A stretch of 64,000 nt of DNA from Lentisphaeraceae bacterium (GTDB taxonomy: Bacteria > Verrucomicrobiota > Kiritimatiellia > RFP12 > DVOR01). Positions 54,605 to 62,360 of the stretch are shown here, piece by piece. How positions within the stretch are numbered: position 1 is the stretch's first letter; every line of letters begins with the position of its first letter. The position numbers and the translations under genes were made by a program. The notes under the pieces were generated by a model. It searched no databases, was not told the DNA's origin, and worked only from the letters and a program-made list of their open reading frames with translations. The stretch spans positions 2,961 to 66,960 of the forward strand of contig SFJE01000012.1 in the NCBI GenBank assembly GCA_004555175.1, written 5' to 3'.

Positions 54605-55630
54605 CTACTTTGCGATGAAGGGTGGATAGGCGTCGAGGTCGCCACGGAGGTGTCGGGCGAGGAGGAGTGCTTGGAGGTGGGGGAAGAGGCCGAGGGGAAC
54701 TTTGTCGCCGAGGTAGGGGTGTCGGGCGGTTTCTAGTTTGCGTTTTTGCCAGGCGGTGAGGAGGGTTTTGCGGGCTTCATCTTTGAGGAGGATGGCACCG
54801 GATTCGGTGGTGACGAAGTCTTTGGCTGTGAGTTGTTTTAGGTTGACGAGGGTGAGTGCGAGGCGGTCGGCGAAGAGGGGGCGGAACTCTTCCATCAGGT
54901 CGAGGGCGAGGCTCATGCGTCCGGGGCGGATTTCGTGGAGGAAGCCGATCTGGGGGTCGAGTCCGACGGCTTCGCACGCACCGCGGCAATCGTGGGCAAG
55001 GAGTGTATAGAGGTAGGAGAGGAGCGCGTTCATGGGGTCGAGCGGGGGGCGGCGACTGCGCGAGGCGATGTTGAAGGTGGGGTTCGCGGGGACGAGGAGG
55101 TCGTTGAAGGCGGCGAAGTATTGGGCGGCAGCTTCGCCTTCTAGGCCGCGGAGGCGTTTGGCGTCGGGTTCGGAATCGCGTACGCGCCGGAGGATGTCGA
55201 GAAGTTTTTCAGTGGCGAGGCGAAGCAGGGTGGTTTCGCCGTGGTCGCGTATGCGGCGGAGGAGGATGGCACGGGTGTTGATGAGTTTTCCGATAAGGCA
55301 ACTACGGGCAATTTCGCCTTTATGGATGGCGTTGTCGTATGCGTGGACTTGGGCAAGGCGGAGTTTGACATTGCCGGAGATGGGGCCTGTAATACGTGCG
55401 AGGAAGTGGCCGTGGATGTCAAGACAGGAGAGGGTGAGGCCGATTTCGGCGCATTTGGCGGCGAGGTAAGGGCTGATGGAGACGTTGCCAAAGGTGACGA
55501 TACCGGCGAGCGCGTGGAGGGGGAAGCGGGTCAGGGTGGTGTGATCTTTAATGATGGCAACGGCTTCGCCTTCTTGGCGGAGGTAGACATCCTGCGTGGA
55601 GATAAAGAGGGTGTTGAGGAGCTTTTTCAC
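54605..55630 (-). CDS. cas1: CRISPR-associated endonuclease Cas1 (I-C type)
   Basis: (M)KKLLNTLFISTQDVYLRQEGEAV N-terminus and conserved PLDPMNALLSYLYTLL and EIRPGRMSLALDLMEEFRP regions. I prefer GTG 55630, which forms a GTGA overlap with the cas4 stop, over the track start 55654. Confidence 0.93.
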   Translation of the reverse strand: MKKLLNTLFISTQDVYLRQEGEAVAIIKDHTTLTRFPLHALAGIVTFGNVSISPYLAAKCAEIGLTLSCLDIHGHFLARITGPISGNVKLRLAQVHAYDNAIHKGEIARSCLIGKLINTRAILLRRIRDHGETTLLRLATEKLLDILRRVRDSEPDAKRLRGLEGEAAAQYFAAFNDLLVPANPTFNIASRSRRPPLDPMNALLSYLYTLLAHDCRGACEAVGLDPQIGFLHEIRPGRMSLALDLMEEFRPLFADRLALTLVNLKQLTAKDFVTTESGAILLKDEARKTLLTAWQKRKLETARHPYLGDKVPLGLFPHLQALLLARHLRGDLDAYPPFIAK

Positions 55631-56262
55631 AGACCGGCCTCCCCGAGTTGGCATTGGATCCAGAGTTTGGCAGAGTGGGCGGAGGTTACTTCTTTTGGGC
55701 GGCAGAGGGGGTAGAGAGAACAGGCTTCGCAGGCGGGGGTGTAGGTGGGGGGAGGGGTGATACCGGCATCGATGAGGGCGCGGACGGCGCGTGCGGTGTG
55801 TTCGGTCAAGGTGCGTAGGGTTTCGTCGAAGTGGACGGTGAGCCGCCGGCGTGTGGCGCCATAGAAGAGGGCTCCTTCGGGGATGGTTTCGTGGCGCATT
55901 TCCTCGAGGGCAATTGCTTGGGCGCAGAGTTGGACTTCATCGGCTCGGTGTTCTTTAGGCTTGCCGTGTTTGTATTCTACGGGATAGGCTTGCCATCCGC
56001 TTGGGGTTTTGTGTAGTTCGACCATATCGGCCACGCCAAAGACACCTAGCCGGCGAGAGATGAGGCGGAGTGCGGTGAGGTGTTTAATGCCGGGGCGCGA
56101 CTCTTGGCGTTGCTGATCGACTCGGTCGTGCAATTGCGAGCCGGCCACGGTGAGTGCATTGTTGCGCCAGAGACCTTCAACATGGATCAGCGCGCACTGC
56201 CTAGGGCAGAAGCAGTAGTGCTGCAAGGCGGAGATCATCACGAAGTCGTCTTCGGGTATCAT
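55627..56262 (-). CDS. cas4: CRISPR-associated exonuclease Cas4
   Basis: Four-Cys cluster pattern (CFCPRQC near the N-terminus, CEACSLYPLC at the C-terminus) and a RecB-like DMVE..YK motif. Confidence 0.92.
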   Translation of the reverse strand: MIPEDDFVMISALQHYCFCPRQCALIHVEGLWRNNALTVAGSQLHDRVDQQRQESRPGIKHLTALRLISRRLGVFGVADMVELHKTPSGWQAYPVEYKHGKPKEHRADEVQLCAQAIALEEMRHETIPEGALFYGATRRRLTVHFDETLRTLTEHTARAVRALIDAGITPPPTYTPACEACSLYPLCRPKEVTSAHSAKLWIQCQLGEAGL

Positions 56263-56286
56263 GATTGTGCGAGGCCAAGCCAGAAG

Positions 56287-56320
56287 CCTCTGTGCGGCCG
56301 CGGGGGCGGCCGCACAGAGG
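56287..56320 (-). other. Perfect 15-bp GC-rich hairpin in the cas7-cas4 intergenic gap
   Basis: cctctgtgcggccgc-gggg-gcggccgcacagagg. It lies 6 nt after the cas7 stop and 25 nt before the cas4 ATG, and no U-tract follows on the coding strand. Confidence 0.85.
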
Positions 56321-56325
56321 GTGGG

Positions 56326-57228
56326 TTAGAGGAGTTCAACGCCGGCTGGCAGTGCGTCGGCACGCACATTCACGGTGTAATCCGAGAAGCTGCGCGGGAC
56401 GGCGACATCGGGCTTGCGAGTGATGGTGACAAGGTCGAAGAGTTCATGCGAGGCGGCATTACCGAGGGCCGAGGCGTGCTTGAAGATAATCAAGCGCTGG
56501 GTGGCCATCAGACCGCGTGCGGCGGAGTGGTCGTGGTCGAACATCACCTTGAGCGCTTGCCAGAACTCAGCGAGGTCCTCTTCGGAGAAGCCGGTCTGGT
56601 TAGCGAGCGCTGGGGAGACGAAGCCGTAGGCCACATAGAGTCCGTAGGGGACCGTATGCTTGCGCCCCATCGTGCGATTGTCACCGCCCTGTTTTTCCGC
56701 TTCCGCTTCTGTGGCAACAGCCATACGTGTGATGGCGTGTTCAAGTGCAACGATGGGGTCGACCGAGCGCGCGAAGGTGAGTTGCACGGGGCCGCGGACC
56801 TGTCCGGCGTTGGCACCGGTGGACATCACGGCACCGAAGGTGCGAATGTCAAAGAAGTCTGCGCACATCTTCTGGCGGGCTTGGGTTACTTCGCTGCCCT
56901 GGCCTTGTCCTTCCTTGTTTCGCTTCTTGCCGTCCTTGGGATCGGCTGGCGGCGTGCTTAGGTCGATGCCCAACTTGGCGTAAGCGCTATTAATCTCATT
57001 GTTGAGGATGGCTTTCTCCTTGACGAAGATGTCGTAGCCTGCGATGCCGTCTTTGGCTAGCTGAATATAGTTGCGAACTTTGCGCTTGAGGCAGACATCG
57101 GTGATGAGGCCTTGGCCGGTCTCGGCATCGACGCGCGGCAGGTTGCCGGCATCAGGGTCGCCATTGGGGTTGCCGTCTTTAACATCAAAGACGAGCATAA
57201 AGTCATAACGGTTTTTGAGTTCGCTCAT
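56326..57228 (-). CDS. cas7: Type I-C Cascade backbone subunit Cas7c (Csd2)
   Basis: MSELKNRYDFMLVFDVKDGNPNGDPDAGNLPRVD is the hallmark Csd2 N-terminus. Confidence 0.95.
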   Translation of the reverse strand: MSELKNRYDFMLVFDVKDGNPNGDPDAGNLPRVDAETGQGLITDVCLKRKVRNYIQLAKDGIAGYDIFVKEKAILNNEINSAYAKLGIDLSTPPADPKDGKKRNKEGQGQGSEVTQARQKMCADFFDIRTFGAVMSTGANAGQVRGPVQLTFARSVDPIVALEHAITRMAVATEAEAEKQGGDNRTMGRKHTVPYGLYVAYGFVSPALANQTGFSEEDLAEFWQALKVMFDHDHSAARGLMATQRLIIFKHASALGNAASHELFDLVTITRKPDVAVPRSFSDYTVNVRADALPAGVELL

Positions 57229-57258
57229 TTGGGGAGTCCTTTCTGTGAGAGGGTGGGG

Positions 57259-57624
57259 TTATTCGGCGTTCTTCTTGGTGAAGAAGTCTTGCCGCTGATG
57301 GTAGTATCCAAGGGCAAAGAGGCCTTGGTGTTCCAAGGAGAGGTGGGCTGGGAAGTCTTGGACGTCGGTCAGGATCTCCTGCATCGTCTTTTCCAGCACA
57401 ACGCCGAGGCCGGGCTTTTCCTTGCGGAGCTTGGCCAGGTGGTGTTGGGCCAGACGGATGAGATTGCCAAAGACGGTGACCGGGGTGGCAGAGGCTGCGG
57501 CATAGAACTTGTCCTTAATGGTGGCATTCAGGCCTGGGCTGGCGGATTCTTGGATGCGTTCGAGCACGGCAAAGAGGCGGCCGAGACGATAGCCGATTGC
57601 GGTGTTTTCGGGGTCGAGGCTCAC
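57259..57624 (-). CDS. cas11c: Predicted internally initiated small subunit Cas11c (121 aa, in frame within the 3' end of cas8c)
   Basis: In-frame GTG at 57624 is preceded at 7 nt by GAAAGGAA (57632-57639). The same SD string appears upstream of the ridA, kdsB and UDPGP genes in this window. The product starts VSLDPENTAIGYRLGRLFAVLE. This rests on the published finding that type I-C Cas11 is translated from inside cas8c, and is inference. Confidence 0.5.
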   Translation of the reverse strand: MSLDPENTAIGYRLGRLFAVLERIQESASPGLNATIKDKFYAAASATPVTVFGNLIRLAQHHLAKLRKEKPGLGVVLEKTMQEILTDVQDFPAHLSLEHQGLFALGYYHQRQDFFTKKNAE

Positions 57625-58980
57625 GGTGATGTTCCTTTCGTGGTTGGGGTTGGCGAAGCGCCATTGACGATTGAGAAAACCTTTGAGAAGTTTGGCACGC
57701 GGGTAGGAGATGGCGTGGTCGGCCTTGATCCGCTGCAAGAGGGCGTTTAGGAGGGTCTTGGGGAAGGGAAGCCCCGAGAGAATGCTCCGCATCACATCGC
57801 CGGCGAGGTTTGGCGTGATATTGTCAAACTTACCTTGGGCGGCGGTGGAGACGAGGAGCCACTTGAGCGGCAGATGTTCTTTTTCCTTAGGACCGTGGCA
57901 GATTTGCAAGTCGGTAAAGTATTCGCGGAAGCGCCCGGCTATTTCGGCTACGGTGCCTATCTGCCAAAAGCGAATCGCAATGCGTGCAGCATTGGGCGCA
58001 AGGCCGAGGACATAGAAGCGCGTTGTATCCTCGCTGAAGGCCCCAACGCCGGTCTGGGGCGAAGTTAGGAGCGTTCGGACGCTCTCAACGAGCGCGTCTG
58101 GATTGTCTTTTGGGGGATCATCCAGCCAGGTCAGTAGCGTATCTTCAAGGGCATCGGATTGTTCCGACCAAAAGACCGTAGTGGCATCGCCAATGACCAA
58201 TTTTTGGCGCGAGTCCTTTCCCAGAAGCGTATTGAGTGCGGTGGTATACGCAAAGGCAGAGGTTACGCTAACGGGTGCATTGGCCCCTTGCTCTTTACCG
58301 AAGGAGGAAAAGGCCGGTAAGTTGAAGGTGACGATATTTGCGCCTGTGGTATTGGCGCCAACAATCCCTTTGATGGCCGGGTGGAGCTTGGCGAGAGCTT
58401 CGCGTTCGCCAGTCACCAGGTCTATGATCGTTGGCGTTGCGCTGGCACTCGCCATTTGATTAACGACCGTGCGGATGCAGTCTTCCTCAAAGATAAGTCC
58501 GGAAGCGTCTACAAAGCGAAAAGCCATAAAGGCACATCCCTCTTTCGCTTTTTGCCACGCAGGGAAGCGGTCCAAGGTCTCGGCGAGGTTGGGCGCGGAG
58601 AGGAAGGTCAAGACGGCGTGGACCGGGGGAAGGTCGCGGTAGGGGTGCAGGCGCTCTAGAAAGGCGGCGTGTTGCTGGGCCACGCGCTCGGGTTTTCCGG
58701 TCTCCTTGCAGAGAATACCGGTCACGTACTCCACGTTGTCCCACAAGAAGTAGGGCTCAATGCCAACGGTGCGTTTGACCGCCTGAGGGACCAGGAAGGT
58801 CTTGGCACGTGGTTTCTTGCCGACAATCTCTTGGGTGTCCTCGATGTTGACGAGGTTCCCGGCACGGTCCAAGACAAAGAGGTAGGGAATTTCTTTGCGT
58901 TCCCAGCCGAGGGGTGCAATGCCGGAATCGGGGTCGGCCGCTTTACGGTCGTAGTAGGCTTTAAGGGCTTGCAGAATCAT
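57259..58980 (-). CDS. cas8c: Type I-C large subunit Cas8c (Csd1)
   Basis: MILQALKAYYDR...IPYLFVLD N-terminus typical of Csd1, position between cas5 and cas7, and ATGA overlap with the cas5 stop. Confidence 0.93.
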   Translation of the reverse strand: MILQALKAYYDRKAADPDSGIAPLGWERKEIPYLFVLDRAGNLVNIEDTQEIVGKKPRAKTFLVPQAVKRTVGIEPYFLWDNVEYVTGILCKETGKPERVAQQHAAFLERLHPYRDLPPVHAVLTFLSAPNLAETLDRFPAWQKAKEGCAFMAFRFVDASGLIFEEDCIRTVVNQMASASATPTIIDLVTGEREALAKLHPAIKGIVGANTTGANIVTFNLPAFSSFGKEQGANAPVSVTSAFAYTTALNTLLGKDSRQKLVIGDATTVFWSEQSDALEDTLLTWLDDPPKDNPDALVESVRTLLTSPQTGVGAFSEDTTRFYVLGLAPNAARIAIRFWQIGTVAEIAGRFREYFTDLQICHGPKEKEHLPLKWLLVSTAAQGKFDNITPNLAGDVMRSILSGLPFPKTLLNALLQRIKADHAISYPRAKLLKGFLNRQWRFANPNHERNITVSLDPENTAIGYRLGRLFAVLERIQESASPGLNATIKDKFYAAASATPVTVFGNLIRLAQHHLAKLRKEKPGLGVVLEKTMQEILTDVQDFPAHLSLEHQGLFALGYYHQRQDFFTKKNAE

Positions 58981-59699
58981 CGGAAGAGCTCCTCGGAGGT
59001 GGGCGAAGGCACGCGGATAACGCCCTGGTTCATCTGCGCTCGGAAGAAGAGGGGGCGAATCTCCTTGGGGTTGGAGAAGTCGAAGTCGTAGAGCATAAAG
59101 CCCAGGTCGCGCGTTTCGGGGATAGGCTGTGCGGCTTCTAATTCGGGCTGCTTGATAAGCCGAACGACCTTACAGGAGAATTCGCGGCAGCCGAGGTAGG
59201 GGTGCATAAAGTATTGCCCCTTGCTGGCGCGCCGCTCGAACATCGCGGCATACTTTGCCGGCTTCTCGTCTGCGCGCACCTGGTCCGCTTCCTGGCAGAG
59301 CGCGTGCTCGGCCTCATCAGTTAACCAATCTGGCGCAGGATTGCGCACCTTGGCGCGCCGCTCCGGCGGGATGAAGTCAAACTCTGCGAAGAGCCGGTAG
59401 CGGACGTCGCGCAAGATGAGCCCGGCGCGCTGTTGCCGTTCATCCTCAATGAAGATGCCCTTACTTTTAGGGCTGGCTACGGCGGCCACCTCATTGCGGC
59501 GGATGCTCGCCCAGCGAATAAGGTTGAGCACCTCAATCTTCGTCACCCGCCAGGCGATGGCCGGCTTCCAAAAGATGGCCGAGAAGATAGCCCGGGCCGC
59601 AGAGGGCGTTATCACATCATAACTTACACGCTCAACCTTCATTTCCGGCCGCGTGAAACACGCGAAGTCGCCACTGACTTCCAAACAAAAACCACGCAT
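58977..59699 (-). CDS. cas5: Type I-C pre-crRNA endoribonuclease Cas5c (Cas5d)
   Basis: MRGFCLEVSGDFACFTRPEMKVERVSYDVITPSAARAIFSAIFWKP is a typical Cas5d N-terminus. AGGAGG SD upstream. Confidence 0.95.
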   Translation of the reverse strand: MRGFCLEVSGDFACFTRPEMKVERVSYDVITPSAARAIFSAIFWKPAIAWRVTKIEVLNLIRWASIRRNEVAAVASPKSKGIFIEDERQQRAGLILRDVRYRLFAEFDFIPPERRAKVRNPAPDWLTDEAEHALCQEADQVRADEKPAKYAAMFERRASKGQYFMHPYLGCREFSCKVVRLIKQPELEAAQPIPETRDLGFMLYDFDFSNPKEIRPLFFRAQMNQGVIRVPSPTSEELFR

Positions 59700-59715
59700 A
59701 GCGCCTCCTGTTTGC

Positions 59716-61902
59716 CTATACCATTATCGTTTCTTCAACCGTCAATCCATCACGAAAGAGGTCGAACCCAAAGTCTTCCGAATAGAGCGTATCGTGCGGG
59801 GCTTGCGCATAGATGCCCGGATGGACTTCTTCCACTACGCCCTCGGCCAAGAGCGTCTTGAGCCGTTGGCGCGGCACGCTCACGGTAAAGCGCTGCAACT
59901 GGCGCATCAGGCCGCGTTTCGCCCCAATCTGCTGAACCTGCACAATCAACTTCTCGCCCCGATCATAGCGCACCAAGACGCTCTCGGCGCTATCATCAAT
60001 CATCTGAAAGGCGGCAGCCGCCTCGCGGAACTGGAAACGCGCATAGGCGGCTCCCTTCACCAGGAACTCCTCAAAGGCTTCACCCAGCGTGTGGGCCCTC
60101 GCTTGCAATCGCTCAAAGTAGCGCGGAAAGGCTTCTGGCGCATCCAATGGCGGCCGTTCGGGAAGCGCCAAGAGTTCAGCGGTGGCATATTCTGCCCAGC
60201 GTAGTTCGCCGCGCGGACTCTCTTGTGGCGGATAGAAGACCACCACTTGCCCGGGTTCGCCAAGGCGCCCTTCCCGGTTGCACCGCCCGGCCGATTGCGC
60301 AATCGAAGCCAAGCCCGTGAAGGCGCGATAGACCACCGGGAAGTCGATGTCCACCCCAGCTTCCACCAACTGCGTGCTAATCACGCGAATGGGTTCACCC
60401 TGGTTAAGCGCAGCCTTTATCCGGGCAATGACACGCGAACGGTGCTCGCCACACATCGAGGCCGAGAGGTGAATTGTCCCAGGTGGCATAAGATCGTAAA
60501 GTGCGCGGCAATCCCGACGCGTATTGACCACGCAAAGCACCTGCTCAAAGCGCGTCAATTCCGCAGCAATCTCCTCCCACGATTGGCGTTCGGCCGTCTT
60601 TGGAAATGTCCACTGCGTACGCTTGAGTCGCTCGTAGAGGCGCATCTCTGGCGAGATGATCTCACGCACATTTGAGAGCCCCGGCAGATTTGGTTGTGTT
60701 GCTGTGGAGAGCACAAAGGTAGTGCCGTAGTTTGTGGCCAACTCCGCCATCGCCCAAATGCATGGCTTGAGCAACTTCATTGGCAAAAGCTGCACCTCAT
60801 CAAGGATGACCACGCTCTCGGTAAGATTGTGCAACCTTCGGCAACGGCTCGGCTTACAGGCATACAGCGATTCAAAGAACTGCACCGTGGTGGTTACCAC
60901 CACTGGCGCATCCCAGTTCTCCGCCGCCAGACGCGACTGCTGCGTCTCGCGCTTTGGATCGAAGGAACTGTGGTGCTCGAGCACACTCTCTTCGCCCAGA
61001 AATCCCCGTAATACATCCGCTGTCTGTTCAATGATGGAGGTGTAGGGGATGACATAGAGAATCCGCCGCTTGCCATACTTCAGCGCGTGGCGGAAGGCGA
61101 AGGCCATTGCCGAGAGCGTCTTGCCACCGCCCGTCGGCACCGTCAGGGAAAAGAGTCCCGGAGCTGCTTCAGCCGCCCGTTCGCACGCAGCGCGGATTTC
61201 CGAGCGCACCTGGTTGACGGCTGTGCCGGCCGCCGTGCTTTCCTTCTCCGCCAGCCGTGCGAAGAAACGTTCCGCCAACTCTGACAAGGGCTGGTAACCG
61301 CCGCGGGCCGCCGCGCGCGCGCCATCCATAAAGCCTTCGGTATCCAGAAAGTCTGCATCCACCAGGCAGGAATAGAGCATCCGCAGCCAAAAGGCCAGGT
61401 TATGCGTCGATAACGGAAAAGGCCGTTGCTTCGGGAGTTGCAGGGCCGCAAGATGCGCCGTTAACCACGCCTGGACCGCAGGTTCCGCAAGCTGCGCTTG
61501 CTCCTGCTCCAAGCGCGCCTCCAGCGCTCCATTGGGCGTTTCTCCGCCACTCCAATCAGGCAATCCTGCGTGGTGTCCGGCCAGACAATAGGCCAATAAT
61601 TGCCCCATGGGTTTCCATTGAGCCTTCGCCCAACACGCCCCAACTCCCGAGTGGCCGTGCTCAGAGGTGTCATACGCCTCATCGGTCAGTCCATTGGCGC
61701 GGGCTAGATAGCGCTGAAACGCTGACCGTGCTTTCCCGGCATCGTGTAGCCACCCCAACACCTCGCCCCATGCACGTGACCTAAAGGCTTCGGCAAAGTC
61801 CCCCGCTAAGGCCGCCACCTGCCGAGAGTGTACCTCCAGTGGCTGCCACTGTTCACGCGGTTTCTCTGCTAGGCTATGCGCATAGACCGCTTCATACTCC
61901 AT
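59716..61902 (-). CDS. cas3: CRISPR-associated helicase/nuclease Cas3 (HD plus DExH)
   Basis: HD region (LGWLHDAGKA, CLAGHHAG), helicase motif I PTGGGKT and motif II VILDEVQ. The track ORF extends to GTG 61953. That start lies about 5 nt from the predicted transcription start, whereas ATG 61902 (MEYEAVYAHS) has GGTGAGG 5 nt upstream. Confidence 0.9.
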   Translation of the reverse strand: MEYEAVYAHSLAEKPREQWQPLEVHSRQVAALAGDFAEAFRSRAWGEVLGWLHDAGKARSAFQRYLARANGLTDEAYDTSEHGHSGVGACWAKAQWKPMGQLLAYCLAGHHAGLPDWSGGETPNGALEARLEQEQAQLAEPAVQAWLTAHLAALQLPKQRPFPLSTHNLAFWLRMLYSCLVDADFLDTEGFMDGARAAARGGYQPLSELAERFFARLAEKESTAAGTAVNQVRSEIRAACERAAEAAPGLFSLTVPTGGGKTLSAMAFAFRHALKYGKRRILYVIPYTSIIEQTADVLRGFLGEESVLEHHSSFDPKRETQQSRLAAENWDAPVVVTTTVQFFESLYACKPSRCRRLHNLTESVVILDEVQLLPMKLLKPCIWAMAELATNYGTTFVLSTATQPNLPGLSNVREIISPEMRLYERLKRTQWTFPKTAERQSWEEIAAELTRFEQVLCVVNTRRDCRALYDLMPPGTIHLSASMCGEHRSRVIARIKAALNQGEPIRVISTQLVEAGVDIDFPVVYRAFTGLASIAQSAGRCNREGRLGEPGQVVVFYPPQESPRGELRWAEYATAELLALPERPPLDAPEAFPRYFERLQARAHTLGEAFEEFLVKGAAYARFQFREAAAAFQMIDDSAESVLVRYDRGEKLIVQVQQIGAKRGLMRQLQRFTVSVPRQRLKTLLAEGVVEEVHPGIYAQAPHDTLYSEDFGFDLFRDGLTVEETIMV

Positions 61903-61964
61903 ATCAACCTCACCAACGATGGACATATCGGAACTCATACCTCCAATGAACACTTTCCATCGTA

Positions 61965-61993
61965 AGTGTAGTATACCAGCCCTACTTTGTCAA
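61965..61993 (-). promoter_or_regulatory. Putative cas operon promoter (TTGACA-17 nt-TACACT)
   Basis: The reverse complement of 61988-61993 is TTGACA and of 61965-61970 is TACACT, with exact 17-nt spacing. Confidence 0.5.
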
Positions 61994-62087
61994 GGAGCCC
62001 GGGCGGGGCTTCTGACCCGGGCTAGGTGTGAAAGCGGAGCAGGCCATTGCAAAACCTCCTTGCCCCGGGGCTTTCTCGCATCCGCCC

Positions 62088-62138
62088 CGGGTTCGCCTCG
62101 AGGTAGGCCCGGGTTGACCTCGAACCCGGGCCGGGCGG
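62088..62138. repeat. About 2.3 units of the same 22-bp-period CGGGTT... repeat family seen at 24782-24893
   Basis: cgggttcgcctcgaggtaggcc (62088-62109), cgggttgacctcgaacccgggc (62110-62131), then cgggcgg. The 16-mer gcccgggttgacctcg is identical to 24793-24808. The second unit also forms a 10-bp hairpin ggcccgggtt/aacccgggcc. Confidence 0.8.
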
Positions 62139-62360
62139 AATTAATAAGACTCAGACTTAATTCAATTAAGACTAAGGGTTAATAGTTGAGGTCGAGGCGG
62201 AAGCGCATTGAGCCTGGGGCTGGGGAAGGGAGCGGGGAGGGGTGCCCGTTCTGACGGGACGCGTCCTCGCGGCCCAAGTGGGGGCTAGGCCGCCGGGGAC
62301 GGTGGCTTTCAGAACGGGCGACGGAAGTGCGTGCGAACTGCGACGGCCCCGGGGCGAGTG

